Shown here piece after piece: positions 30,234-39,677 of a DNA stretch of 64,000 nucleotides. The position numbers and the translations under genes were made by a program. This stretch comes from a virus (taxonomy: Duplodnaviria > Caudoviricetes). The DNA lies in IMG/VR virus record IMGVR_UViG_3300024268_000035, positions 1-64,000 of that record, one strand, 5' to 3'. Every line of letters starts with the position of its first letter. Position 1 is the stretch's first letter. The notes beneath the pieces were generated by a model. That model worked only from the letters and a program-made list of their open reading frames with translations, was not told the origin of the DNA and did not search any database.

Positions 30234-30543
30234 CTTTATATCTCTCTTTCATAATGCAATCTCTTACGATATGACTGTAATGCAGGGAATCCACAGATTC
30301 GTAAGATTCCCAACATAACAGCTTTTCGTTATTTATGTATTTATCTGTGACTTCGCCGCGCACATCATAAAATGCGTCGCCGATTTTCTGGATGAAATGC
30401 CCTTCTACTGGCTCATACAATGTTATTCCGCCGAATCTGGCTGTGAGTATATAACAAAACCAGTAACAGCATCCATTCAGAAAGGTGAACTCTGCATCTT
30501 TGAAATGTCGGATGAAGTCGAGAATAGTTTTCTTATCAGCCAA
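30217..30543 (-). CDS. Hypothetical protein
   Basis: NGCCYWF, GHF, YDVRG motifs. Confidence 0.5.
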   Translation of the reverse strand: MADKKTILDFIRHFKDAEFTFLNGCCYWFCYILTARFGGITLYEPVEGHFIQKIGDAFYDVRGEVTDKYINNEKLLCWESYESVDSLHYSHIVRDCIMKERYKDDELN

Positions 30544-30700
30544 AGAATCCGCCCCATTTAAGCAGAAGCATTTCGATGGTACAACTGATGAGTGTTATGA
30601 AGAAATTGTATCTGCCAATATGTCTTTCACCATGTTTGGCAAGATGTAGACCAAGAGACAGCGCATATAATGCGATCAGGATAATTTGTGGTGCGCCCAT
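30536..30700 (-). CDS. Small membrane protein
   Basis: Manual translation MGAPQIILIALYALSLGLHLAKHG...LLKWGGFFG, two hydrophobic segments. Confidence 0.5.
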   Translation of the reverse strand: MGAPQIILIALYALSLGLHLAKHGERHIGRYNFFITLISCTIEMLLLKWGGFFG

Positions 30701-32065
30701 TTACACAACCTCCTGAGCTTCTTCCAAATCAGGGCTGACAGCAGTATCTTTAACGATACCTTCCAGAACCTTGAATGAGAAGTTTTTGTGCTTATACGCT
30801 GTGAACTTAGGACGATTTACAATTCTGACTACAACACCTTCGCGTACATGATCCTTACCTACCGGATCTGCGCCGTCGTAATACTGTTCTGCAATGTTCT
30901 TCACACATTCTCCGACAGAACATTCTTTCGCTGTGCAGGTATCCGCATATGGACAATCCTCACCGCCGATATACCCCTTCCAGAATACGGGTACGGTTTT
31001 TACGCCCATCTGTTCGCAGCGATAGCGCATGAAATCAGGAGTGTATTCAACAACGTCGCCATCTTCGTTCGTCATTGTCATGCGATAAACATAGATATCG
31101 GACTGTGGATGTGTAGGCGCATAACAGTCCTCTGTGAAACCTGCGGGTTCACATCCATAACTGAATACTGTGGTTTGCCCATACTGCTTGATAAAGTCCT
31201 TGTTGTTTACCTTCTTATTATCACAGGAGGACATAATAGGAGTACCGTCCTGTGTGAACCCTACGACTTCATAATAGACAGTCTCGCCCTTATGAAGTTT
31301 TCCTTCAAAGAACTTGCTGTGTTGTTCACGGAATTCGTTACTTCCATAAAAACCGCCGTCGTAATTGTCCAGAACAACACGACGGGTTCCTGTTACATAA
31401 CCCCAGTTATATATCGGTGTACCGTGACGTTTTAAGAGCTTGTCCATGAGAGTTCTCTTGTACCCAGAGAGTGTGGGGAGATAACCTGTTCTCTGAGATG
31501 TTCCGTGCATTTTGAGAGTGATTTCAACCTGATCTCCGTTATGGAATGCGGAAAGATTGTAGGAAAGCTGTTCTGTATCAGCGTGTTCCATAAAGAGTGG
31601 AGCGACTGGATCTTTACGCTTACGAGTGCGATTACCAGACGGATACCCCCCCCTACTATCGCTACGCGGAATATACTTTTCACAGATTGTAATTCCGTTC
31701 AGAACCGTGATTGTGTCTCCTTCGCGGAGCGTAGAAATATCGGTGAAATCTTCCAATGATGACAGCGGCATAAACAAGCCGTCACTCTTTTCGCCACGAA
31801 GCGTCAGAGCTTTGATATTACGCTTTTCGGGATCCAAATATCCTCCGGCTGGCTTACCATTTTCATCCTTACGGCGGAGCAGGTCATGTTTCTGTGCAAA
31901 TTCAAGACCGAGTTTACCATCCACCGGGAAATACACACCAAGTTCGTCAGGCTTTGTGTTAAGCCCAACGATTACGGTGTTACCAAAGCATTCGCCGCAC
32001 AACAGTCTGTCAGCGTTGGAATGTTTTCTTACATTTTTAATTCTTGTGATAAAAGCTGAATACAA
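30701..32065 (-). CDS. ATP-dependent RNA ligase (DRB0094/Rnl-like) with N-terminal OB domain
   Basis: HSNADRL, LRGEKS.G, motif I TLKMHGTS, YYE, EGVV, KHK; in-frame G8 tract at 31646-31653. Confidence 0.85.
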   Translation of the reverse strand: MYSAFITRIKNVRKHSNADRLLCGECFGNTVIVGLNTKPDELGVYFPVDGKLGLEFAQKHDLLRRKDENGKPAGGYLDPEKRNIKALTLRGEKSDGLFMPLSSLEDFTDISTLREGDTITVLNGITICEKYIPRSDSRGGYPSGNRTRKRKDPVAPLFMEHADTEQLSYNLSAFHNGDQVEITLKMHGTSQRTGYLPTLSGYKRTLMDKLLKRHGTPIYNWGYVTGTRRVVLDNYDGGFYGSNEFREQHSKFFEGKLHKGETVYYEVVGFTQDGTPIMSSCDNKKVNNKDFIKQYGQTTVFSYGCEPAGFTEDCYAPTHPQSDIYVYRMTMTNEDGDVVEYTPDFMRYRCEQMGVKTVPVFWKGYIGGEDCPYADTCTAKECSVGECVKNIAEQYYDGADPVGKDHVREGVVVRIVNRPKFTAYKHKNFSFKVLEGIVKDTAVSPDLEEAQEVV

Positions 32066-32076
32066 TATACTACCTC

Positions 32077-32111
32077 TTATAACTTACTATATTCCGTCAG
32101 AGAAATTAACT
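32077..32111 (-). promoter_or_regulatory. Degenerate copy of the bipartite motif upstream of the RNA ligase
   Basis: AGTTAATT-N15-AGTAAGTTATAA. Confidence 0.6.
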
Positions 32112-32130
32112 TGTTTAGCTAATTTCTTTT

Positions 32131-32568
32131 TTAATCATGATAGATGATTTCAATTCCAAGATTACTGTCTGATAACGTGCGAATCGTATTGGAAATGGCA
32201 TCATCTGCATACGCAATGTTTTTGAATAAAACTCTTTTACCACTACTTATGGCTTGCAGAGCTTTATCGTAAATATCTTTAAGGTTGGAATCTTTTTCAA
32301 GGATTTCATCCAATTCATTGTCTTCGTCGTCCGCGTCGTAGCAAAACAACTCTCGGATGCAATATTCCAAGCAATCCTGAGTATCAACGAGATCGCCCAC
32401 TTCGGTATATTCTGATTTCCAGAACAGAACCATATGAACTAAATCATTCAAAATGGCGAGAGCTGGATATTTTGAAAGTGCTTCCGGATCGAGCACAATC
32501 GGATTGCTATATGCAATAACGTAACTGGAGCTACTGCTATTGGTTACAAAGTCATTTCTTATTTTCAT
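32131..32568 (-). CDS. TNSSSSS-leader protein 7
   Basis: MKIRNDFVTNSSSSSYVI. Confidence 0.85.
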   Translation of the reverse strand: MKIRNDFVTNSSSSSYVIAYSNPIVLDPEALSKYPALAILNDLVHMVLFWKSEYTEVGDLVDTQDCLEYCIRELFCYDADDEDNELDEILEKDSNLKDIYDKALQAISSGKRVLFKNIAYADDAISNTIRTLSDSNLGIEIIYHD

Positions 32569-32924
32569 CCTCTGCTGATTTCTCCGTAATCGAATGAAAT
32601 ATCGTTATCGGTAAGATCCAAACCATACGATTCTTTCAAGACCTCTTTCAGTTGTTCTCTGAGTTGGGTTAATGTATACTGGAAAAGATCTTTTGTCATC
32701 AAAGTCCATCCAATATAACAGATATAATCCTCGCCAAAGACAGCCTGCATTCGTTCGCCCTGCAGATCCATTTTATCTGCCCACTCTTCACTTGCCCATT
32801 CTACAGCTTTTGCTTCGGTCGTTCCGTTCGCACTGAGAATCTTTTCGTGGTAAGAGGGGTCGATTTTCAGACACATGAAAGAACTACTGCTGGAGTTTGT
32901 AACAAAATCGGTACGAATTTTCAT
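32565..32924 (-). CDS. TNSSSSS-leader protein 6
   Basis: MKIRTDFVTNSSSSSFMC. Confidence 0.85.
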   Translation of the reverse strand: MKIRTDFVTNSSSSSFMCLKIDPSYHEKILSANGTTEAKAVEWASEEWADKMDLQGERMQAVFGEDYICYIGWTLMTKDLFQYTLTQLREQLKEVLKESYGLDLTDNDISFDYGEISRG

Positions 32925-32926
32925 AG

Positions 32927-33493
32927 TTAGGACTCCTTGTCATTCAGATAATCCATAAACTTTTTGTATGTACCGAACTCTTTCTTCCATCCGGCAACAA
33001 TTTCCGTAGGATTCAGGTTAAAACGGCTGCATACTTCTGTTATATATTCACTGTCGTAAAGTTTCTTGCGCCGCTTGTTGAACTGCTTTACTTTGGCGAA
33101 AACTTCTTCACGACTTACGCCGTATTTCTTTCCCAAGTAACGTGCAAGATCATTGTCTGCGTATTCAATAAACTGACAGATAGGGCAGAAACATTCGGGC
33201 ATATTGTAACGAATTTCATTTTCATGATCGTTTATCATACTGTAAAACAGATCCTCATCTGATTCATCCTTGAGAGAATCCGGATCTGCATCATAGTCGT
33301 TTACCATCATTGCGATCAGGTCATCTCTGGGGATGGAAAGTGTTTCATTTTCGCATATCACATGACCATTTACGCATTCTACCATTTCACAGTCGTACAG
33401 TGAAAAATCCATGCCGCTTACTGTTTCACCACAGATAGCGCAGATATAACATGAACTACTGGAATTGGTCACAAAGTCTTTTCTATACTTCAT
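32927..33493 (-). CDS. TNSSSSS-leader protein 5 (Cys-rich, Zn-binding)
   Basis: MKYRKDFVTNSSSSCYICAICG; CVNGH, CPIC. Confidence 0.85.
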   Translation of the reverse strand: MKYRKDFVTNSSSSCYICAICGETVSGMDFSLYDCEMVECVNGHVICENETLSIPRDDLIAMMVNDYDADPDSLKDESDEDLFYSMINDHENEIRYNMPECFCPICQFIEYADNDLARYLGKKYGVSREEVFAKVKQFNKRRKKLYDSEYITEVCSRFNLNPTEIVAGWKKEFGTYKKFMDYLNDKES

Positions 33494-33502
33494 TAAACCT
33501 CC

Positions 33503-34018
33503 TTAGTGGTGGCTGAATCTGCGAACGGTAAATTCGCAATCGGGAAGAATGGTATGTTCGAGTTCACAACCGATAATGGAATGATCTTCATATTCTACTT
33601 CCACAAGATAATGGCGTTCTCCAATTTCCGCAAGGATTTCTTGGAATAATCTTTCCATGACCCGTTTCTTCTCAGCCTTATATTCATCCGAATCGTAGAA
33701 ATCCATATGAGATGCGTCCGGGTGAGCATCGTACCATCTTTTCTGGAAAGTATCCTTATCGCTGCTATACCAGTTTCCTTTACCGTAACAGATTTCCATA
33801 TAAGCATCTGATTCCAGATCGCTTTCAACCATCTGATAAAGTGCATCATACGGAATCTGTTCTGCCTTATCGAATTCCTTCAGCAAATCGGCAATACAAT
33901 CGCTGTTGTAACGGGAAGTCATAGCAGCGATCTTCTTGAGTCCGTCCTGCTTATTCTTAAAGGCAAGAAGAAAACTGCTTGAAGAACTGTTTGTAACGAA
34001 ATCTGTTCTTACTTTCAT
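33503..34018 (-). CDS. TNSSSSS-leader protein 4
   Basis: MKVRTDFVTNSSSSSFLL. Confidence 0.85.
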   Translation of the reverse strand: MKVRTDFVTNSSSSSFLLAFKNKQDGLKKIAAMTSRYNSDCIADLLKEFDKAEQIPYDALYQMVESDLESDAYMEICYGKGNWYSSDKDTFQKRWYDAHPDASHMDFYDSDEYKAEKKRVMERLFQEILAEIGERHYLVEVEYEDHSIIGCELEHTILPDCEFTVRRFSHH

Positions 34019-34308
34019 GAGAGTCTCCTGTTAATCTTATAGCCAAGTTCCCTTGCTTTTCTGAGAGCAAGTTTGGCTTCATACAGTGAAAGTCCGATGG
34101 AGTTATTTAAGCCGGATTTGTTCAGCTCTTTTTCGTAAGAGTGGATCAGGTGTTTTCCACTTGATTTATGGGTGATTGCAAGCACCTGTGTATACCCATA
34201 TTTTGCATGATATTTTTCGTAGTAGGCTCCATATTGGTCTTCGCTTACTTTTACAAAGCTGAGTTCTTTCAGCTTTTCATCTGTACTTTTCCACAACATC
34301 TTTATCAC
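34015..34308 (-). CDS. Hypothetical protein within the cluster, lacking the leader
   Basis: Operonic ORF. Confidence 0.55.
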   Translation of the reverse strand: MIKMLWKSTDEKLKELSFVKVSEDQYGAYYEKYHAKYGYTQVLAITHKSSGKHLIHSYEKELNKSGLNNSIGLSLYEAKLALRKARELGYKINRRLS

Positions 34309-34314
34309 CTCAGA

Positions 34315-34734
34315 TCAGCCATTACGTCCTGCGCCACATTCACAGTAGGTTTCGGCAAAACCGTTTTCCTCTGTGATTTTGTCGATGATTGCGGATTCAT
34401 CGAAATCATCATAATACACACTGTAATCCGGATATCCATCGCCATCTTCATAGATTTCAAATCCACCTCTGATAACGATAAAGGAATCATCCATGTGTTT
34501 TTCGATATAGCTTCTTTCAGGCGTACAGTTTACACCAGCCCAGTAATATTCAAGCCAATCAGACCATTTACTGTCGCCGAGTGCCTCCAGAACTTCTCTG
34601 GCGGTATAGATTTCGATATCGTTCTTATGTTCATCAAGGATCGGCTGTGCTTTTTCGCGGTTTGCAATCCGGGCAAAACAGCAGATGAAGCTGCTTGATG
34701 AACTATTCGTAACAAAGTCTGTACGTATCTTCAT
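34315..34734 (-). CDS. TNSSSSS-leader protein 3
   Basis: MKIRTDFVTNSSSSSFIC. Confidence 0.85.
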   Translation of the reverse strand: MKIRTDFVTNSSSSSFICCFARIANREKAQPILDEHKNDIEIYTAREVLEALGDSKWSDWLEYYWAGVNCTPERSYIEKHMDDSFIVIRGGFEIYEDGDGYPDYSVYYDDFDESAIIDKITEENGFAETYCECGAGRNG

Positions 34735-34736
34735 GG

Positions 34737-35162
34737 TTATTCTCCGTCGTCGATAATGATAAAGTTTTCGTTTTTACTGCTTGCAATACGGATAAAATTA
34801 CGGAGTGACTGGTCGCAGTAGTCAATCCTTTTCTGAACAATGGAGTACCCTTTGTCCAAATATTCGAGAATCGTGTTATATTTGCTGAGATATCCATCGG
34901 ATTCGATGCTTTTTCTCATTTCTTCCACATTGCTGTAGCAGAAGTAGTCTGCAAACCATTTTTCAAAGTCTTCCTTTGTGTCAAACGCTTTCGCTTGGTT
35001 GGTTTCATCAGCACCTTCGCACAACATAAATGCGGCAAGCATTTTGTTAAAAGACTCCACAAAGGAACTAAGCGGATTGTCTGGGTCTGTTTTTACTGCT
35101 CTCGCAGCAATTACATAGCTCGAAGACGAGCTGTTGGTAACAAAATCCTGTCTGATTTTCAC
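34737..35162 (-). CDS. TNSSSSS-leader protein 2
   Basis: MKIRQDFVTNSSSSSYVI. Confidence 0.85.
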   Translation of the reverse strand: MKIRQDFVTNSSSSSYVIAARAVKTDPDNPLSSFVESFNKMLAAFMLCEGADETNQAKAFDTKEDFEKWFADYFCYSNVEEMRKSIESDGYLSKYNTILEYLDKGYSIVQKRIDYCDQSLRNFIRIASSKNENFIIIDDGE

Positions 35163-35519
35163 TTAATTTCCTCCGTCATAAATTTCTGTCATATATTCCT
35201 CTGGAATATTTCGATAAAGGAATGCGTCGTCGCCTTCTGTATCTCCGTCGTTTGTCCATGCGATAAACGAAGCAGTCAGGTAATATGTGTCATCTTCCAG
35301 TTCTTCCATAAACTCTTCATCAAGTTCGTTCGTAATCTGATGATATTCAGCGTTCTTAATTTCTGCGCCGGTTTCAAGCATTTCATTAAGAAGACGTTCG
35401 CCGAATCTTCCGAATTCCTCTTTCATGTATGTACGAAGCTCATCTGTAAGGTTTATCTTTGCAACACAGATATAACTGCTGGATGAGCTGTTCGTAACAA
35501 AGTCCTGTCTAATTTTCAT
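35163..35519 (-). CDS. TNSSSSS-leader protein 1
   Basis: MKIRQDFVTNSSSSSYIC. Confidence 0.85.
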   Translation of the reverse strand: MKIRQDFVTNSSSSSYICVAKINLTDELRTYMKEEFGRFGERLLNEMLETGAEIKNAEYHQITNELDEEFMEELEDDTYYLTASFIAWTNDGDTEGDDAFLYRNIPEEYMTEIYDGGN

Positions 35520-35529
35520 CCATTACGCC

Positions 35530-35790
35530 TCAATTCTTAATCAAAGCAATGTTGGATGAATGAACAAGGTAGGTCTTTCCGTCGATTACGACCTGAATCT
35601 GATCTCCGTCTTCAAAGTCTGTCCAAGATGAAACAGAACCATTGACAACCGATCCGTCCGGCAGTGAAATGATTGCAGTGTCGAAAGTGTATGTAAGATC
35701 GAATAACTGCTTGTTGCCCCATCCTAATAAAGAACACAGGATGAGAAATACCATTGCGGCTGCCAGAGCCAATGTGATGTACCTCTTCAT
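35530..35790 (-). CDS. Small exported phage protein
   Basis: Signal-like N-terminus; GNKQLFDLTYTF...DGDQIQV...YLVHSSN. Confidence 0.6.
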   Translation of the reverse strand: MKRYITLALAAAMVFLILCSLLGWGNKQLFDLTYTFDTAIISLPDGSVVNGSVSSWTDFEDGDQIQVVIDGKTYLVHSSNIALIKN

Positions 35791-35993
35791 TTCTTTTCCT
35801 CCATTTGATTCTGAAATGTGTTTTGGAAACGCTTTAACATTTCCTCATCTTCAATATAAAACGGGTCTTTCCCCATCTTATCGAATACGATAGTTATAAG
35901 CTGCCCAAACCGAAGATCGGGACAGCATTCCCAGATTTCTGCAAGTCGATTGCAAAACTTCCGGATTCTTTTAGGATCACGCATTACATCCAC
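35787..35993 (-). CDS. DUF1040-like small protein
   Basis: MRDPKRI...W...PDLRFGQL...DPFYIED. Confidence 0.6.
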   Translation of the reverse strand: MDVMRDPKRIRKFCNRLAEIWECCPDLRFGQLITIVFDKMGKDPFYIEDEEMLKRFQNTFQNQMEEKK

Positions 35994-36253
35994 CCCGGAA
36001 TTACATCGCCTTCGCCGATACCAATGTAAGCATTTAATACAGCTATAGCTTCTGGATTATAAATATACTTGGTTTTATCCAACAGCAAATCCCGTATCTG
36101 AGAGATTGTAAAATCGGGATGCTCTTCATGAATGATAACAAGGAAGTCATTTGTTGCTGTTGTAGAACCGGCGACCTTCCTGATTTTCTTTCCTTTGGGT
36201 CTTATATGCGGATAATAACTTATATCTGTGTGACCTTTAGGATATTTCGGCAT
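35984..36253 (-). CDS. Hypothetical protein
   Basis: Operonic ORF. Confidence 0.5.
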   Translation of the reverse strand: MPKYPKGHTDISYYPHIRPKGKKIRKVAGSTTATNDFLVIIHEEHPDFTISQIRDLLLDKTKYIYNPEAIAVLNAYIGIGEGDVIPGWM

Positions 36254-37329
36254 TACACAGTTTTCTCCGTACTGTCACAAATTACAATTTGAGGACGAAT
36301 CGGACATCCGCCCATACACGAAAGACGTTTACTACATCCGGGACAAGCTGTATGGAAGTGGTTGCGGAAGTCTTCAAACTGTTCGCTGTTCCATGCGTTC
36401 TGAATAGTATCATTGGAAATGTCGTATGCCCAGCGAAGTTCCTGATTGTCGAAGGAGCAGGGGAGAGCTTTCATATCGCTTGTGATATACATACTCCATC
36501 TGCCGACCTCACAGGTATCTACACTGTCGTTGTCGATATTTTCTGTGAAATTCAATACAGCCGGAATAGAGCAGGAGTCAAAGCCGATTTTGAAATTGAA
36601 CTGCTGTGTATCAACAATACTGAAAAACTCTTTTACTCTGGGATCATTGACCTTCAGCACGTTGGATTCGCTTCCAAGTCCAACCGGCTTGTGTAAAAGG
36701 AAGATAACAGCATTGATTCCTGTTGGGAAATCATTCGTTTTCAGACGGCGAATGGCTTCATCAATAGAATTGTCACCGAGAACATAGTGAACATTGGTTT
36801 TTACCCCGGCATCCAGAAGCATTTGAATAGCGCGGATGGTATGTTCCTGACGATACCACGAAATTGCAACGGCTCCGCAATATCTTTTACAGAGCTGCAC
36901 AATCTGGTCAGTGAAACCAAGACCGGAACTGGTAAAGTTGGGCACGATGTCGTTTTCGCGGCAGTATGCGAGGATTTCTTCAAAGTTTTCATGCTGATCC
37001 ACGTCGCCGCGTCCACCAAGAGCAAGCTGGAAGGTTTTGCCCTTGCATTCATCCACGATACGCTTGAAGTTTTCAAGTGTCATGTTAGGATGTTTTGTTT
37101 TTAAGCCGTTTTGGTAGCACTGAACACCGGATTTAATACAAAGTCCACTGGATCCGTGGACGCAGTGTCCCATAACACCTACGTCAATCAACTCCGGATA
37201 AGAAGTCATAAATGGATCTACACCGGTATCTTTGCCATCTTCATCGAGAATGCCGCTTCTTGCATAGAAACCAGTCTTCGGATTAAACATGGATACGAAG
37301 TGATTTCTGCGGTCAATTTTTGTAATCAT
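36253..37329 (-). CDS. Radical SAM enzyme with SPASM domain and non-canonical Cys spacing
   Basis: CVHGSSGLCIKSGVQCYQ (CX7CX6C), ALGGRGD, TCEVG...PCSF, CPGC...CMGGCP. Confidence 0.85.
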   Translation of the reverse strand: MITKIDRRNHFVSMFNPKTGFYARSGILDEDGKDTGVDPFMTSYPELIDVGVMGHCVHGSSGLCIKSGVQCYQNGLKTKHPNMTLENFKRIVDECKGKTFQLALGGRGDVDQHENFEEILAYCRENDIVPNFTSSGLGFTDQIVQLCKRYCGAVAISWYRQEHTIRAIQMLLDAGVKTNVHYVLGDNSIDEAIRRLKTNDFPTGINAVIFLLHKPVGLGSESNVLKVNDPRVKEFFSIVDTQQFNFKIGFDSCSIPAVLNFTENIDNDSVDTCEVGRWSMYITSDMKALPCSFDNQELRWAYDISNDTIQNAWNSEQFEDFRNHFHTACPGCSKRLSCMGGCPIRPQIVICDSTEKTV

Positions 37330-37359
37330 TCAGATATACTCCTTTTTACTTTAAGGCTG

Positions 37360-37866
37360 TTATTCAGCCGAATTTTCAGTGTATTCCAGTGAATTATTTA
37401 TGTTGGACTGCCTGTCTTTTGCTTTTTGTACTTGCAGCTTATCCGCTAAGTCATAGAATTTGTGTGGGAGAGGGAGAATTGTTATCAGACGGTTATCACG
37501 AAACAAATAGACATAGCGGTGATATATCCGCATATTGTTTGCGTTACCGTTTGAAAGATACAGTCCATCCAGATACCGTTTAAGACCCGCTTTGCATTCT
37601 GCATGAGTAATACCGAATTCCAATGCTTTTTGAGCATTTTTGTCTGCAATCTTTTTACTTAGCCCAACACGGTCTTTGGTACGTTTGATACTATGGTTTG
37701 TCATAATTACATCACTCATCGTATCCATCATTATCTTCCTCGCAAACACATCTGTAATCCGGAAATTGCTTCTTCCATTGAACGAATGCGCCCCCGAAGC
37801 GAATCGATTGTTTCTTGGATTTCTGTTACATCCTGAGCGATATAGTATCCCTTTGCATTGGAGCAA
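37360..37866 (-). CDS. Hypothetical protein (true start probably at MMDTM)
   Basis: TNHS.KR..DR pattern. Confidence 0.45.
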   Translation of the reverse strand: MLQCKGILYRSGCNRNPRNNRFASGAHSFNGRSNFRITDVFARKIMMDTMSDVIMTNHSIKRTKDRVGLSKKIADKNAQKALEFGITHAECKAGLKRYLDGLYLSNGNANNMRIYHRYVYLFRDNRLITILPLPHKFYDLADKLQVQKAKDRQSNINNSLEYTENSAE

Positions 37867-38066
37867 ATGGGATCGCCATTGTTTCTGGCATGATTGATGA
37901 GTTTTCTGACTTCTACCCCTGAGACACCAAGTCCCGCTGCGATAGCAGAGCCGCAGATTGGATTATGTCTGCCGTCAGAATGAGTCATGATATACTTTGT
38001 AATGGGATCCATAAGCACCTTCCATGTGCAAAAATATAGCGGCGGAACCGAAATCCCGCCGCACAA
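37731..38066 (-). CDS. Winged-HTH protein
   Basis: IAAGLGVSGVEVRKLINHAR..G.PICS...GYY. Confidence 0.65.
   Translation of the reverse strand: MCGGISVPPLYFCTWKVLMDPITKYIMTHSDGRHNPICGSAIAAGLGVSGVEVRKLINHARNNGDPICSNAKGYYIAQDVTEIQETIDSLRGRIRSMEEAISGLQMCLRGR
38039..38062 (-). terminator. Putative intrinsic terminator after the TROVE-like gene
   Basis: GCGGCGG/CCGCCGC hairpin followed by TATATTTTT on the minus strand. Confidence 0.55.
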
Positions 38067-38071
38067 AATGT

Positions 38072-39622
38072 TTAGATATTCTTCAGAACCTCACCAATGG
38101 GAGCATAACGATCAGTGTTCAGAGTTTCCAGCAGACATTCATAAGGATCAGTTTTTCCACTCATAACAAGTTTTACGATGTTTGTGCTGAATCCGCTGAC
38201 AAGAGCAACGCCCATATCATTTTCAATAACAGGGATTGTTGCTGTACGACTATTTACATTCCAGAATACAAGGCGGGGGAGCTTGTAACCGGCATTTTCA
38301 TAACGCTGAGAAATAATCTCGAACAGACGAGCGTTGGGACGATTACGATTCCATCTGTCAGAGGATCTGCCGCAAGTAGCACAGCTATCAAATTCCATGT
38401 CGGAGATGATAAGGATATTCTGAGGAATATCTTCCTGTGCCATGTTGTTATGGACGGCTGTATCCAAAATCAGATCGAATACCGCTTCGATATTGGTGTT
38501 TGCAACTTCATTGTGTGCGAGAGCAATCTGAAGTTTGTCACGAAGGTTCTTGCCTCTGCTCAGATCTACCAATTTCGGAGATTCCGAGAAGGTAATGTAG
38601 TTGTTTTTGAACTGACCAGAAGATCTTTCGGCGAAATAGATTGCAAGTGCGTTGGCTACACTCAATGCGCTAACGCTGGATCCGCCAACGGTACTTGTCA
38701 TACTTCCACTTCCATCAGCGACAACGATAGTATTTCCGCAGCCTGCTACAGTATCGGGAAGGGAATCCCACATTGCTTCCAGTGCAGAATCAACGATACC
38801 CTTCACATTGTAGCTGTTCGACATATACTTATGTACAATATCGTGCGGATACAGTGTTCCGGCGTTGATTTTTGTTTCACCCTTTTCCAGTCTGGAAAGG
38901 TAATTGCGGCGACGTTCTTCATCGTTGCGAAGGAAGGCTGAATTGTAGATCAAGTTTGCACGGGAAGGAACAGTTTCATAAATGATTTCGTTCCAATGCT
39001 TTGCGGACATCTTCTTTTCCACCACATTCAGCTTGGTACGCAGTCTGGAAAGAGCTTTGCGATAGTCGCGTTCTGTAACCCCCATATGCTTATAAATAAG
39101 CTTTGCATAACGCTTGGTTTCCTTAGAAGAGGCGTTTACAGAAGGAAGCCACTTTGCCAGAAGGGAAATGCTGCCATTCTTTTTAAGATTCTGAATATCC
39201 TGTGTAAGCTGAACGGAAACAAGGTCAAGTACGTTTATCTGAAGGTTGGTATCCAGCAGACACCACAGATCATCATAACGTCCATATTCAGGAATCAGGT
39301 TCAGAAGGGGGATGATGTATTCCGGATTGTGTTCAGCCATATTGGAAAGGATGATTCTGAACAAACGACGTTCACCAAGACCACCACGGATATCTCTTGC
39401 GAAAAACAGCCACTTCATTGCTGTCACCTTGTCTTCAAAGAAAGCCTTAGTGAATCGTTTGGCAATATCGTCCGGGGATGCGGAACGAAGAGATGCAACG
39501 GCGAAGTTCAGATCCAACAGTTCTTTACCAGTGGTACGATATCCCATAGCACCATTTTCGGTCATAGAGTAATTGTTATCTGCGAGCATGGTTTTCTTCA
39601 TGTTTGAAACAAAGTTACTCAT
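38072..39622 (-). CDS. TROVE/Ro60-like helical protein with C-terminal vWA domain (DUF2828-like)
   Basis: TENGA, ARDIRGGLGER, YGRYDDL, AKWLPS, MIDAS DGSGS, ISDMEFD, VFWNV, VSGFS. Confidence 0.85.
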   Translation of the reverse strand: MSNFVSNMKKTMLADNNYSMTENGAMGYRTTGKELLDLNFAVASLRSASPDDIAKRFTKAFFEDKVTAMKWLFFARDIRGGLGERRLFRIILSNMAEHNPEYIIPLLNLIPEYGRYDDLWCLLDTNLQINVLDLVSVQLTQDIQNLKKNGSISLLAKWLPSVNASSKETKRYAKLIYKHMGVTERDYRKALSRLRTKLNVVEKKMSAKHWNEIIYETVPSRANLIYNSAFLRNDEERRRNYLSRLEKGETKINAGTLYPHDIVHKYMSNSYNVKGIVDSALEAMWDSLPDTVAGCGNTIVVADGSGSMTSTVGGSSVSALSVANALAIYFAERSSGQFKNNYITFSESPKLVDLSRGKNLRDKLQIALAHNEVANTNIEAVFDLILDTAVHNNMAQEDIPQNILIISDMEFDSCATCGRSSDRWNRNRPNARLFEIISQRYENAGYKLPRLVFWNVNSRTATIPVIENDMGVALVSGFSTNIVKLVMSGKTDPYECLLETLNTDRYAPIGEVLKNI

Positions 39623-39677
39623 TGTTTAATTCCTCCTTGGTTTGTTTAGTTAATTTCTAAAGTGTTTGTTTATCCTC

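Noticed and set aside
32131-35519. Shared N-termini as a DNA repeat, shufflon or DGR target
   Set aside because: Synonymous codons are scrambled between copies, and no invertase or reverse transcriptase is nearby
38024-38941. Long plus-strand ORFs (also 15886-16809, 49325-50236, 53076-54032, 59132-60100)
   Set aside because: Antisense shadows of well-supported minus-strand genes with no recognisable motifs
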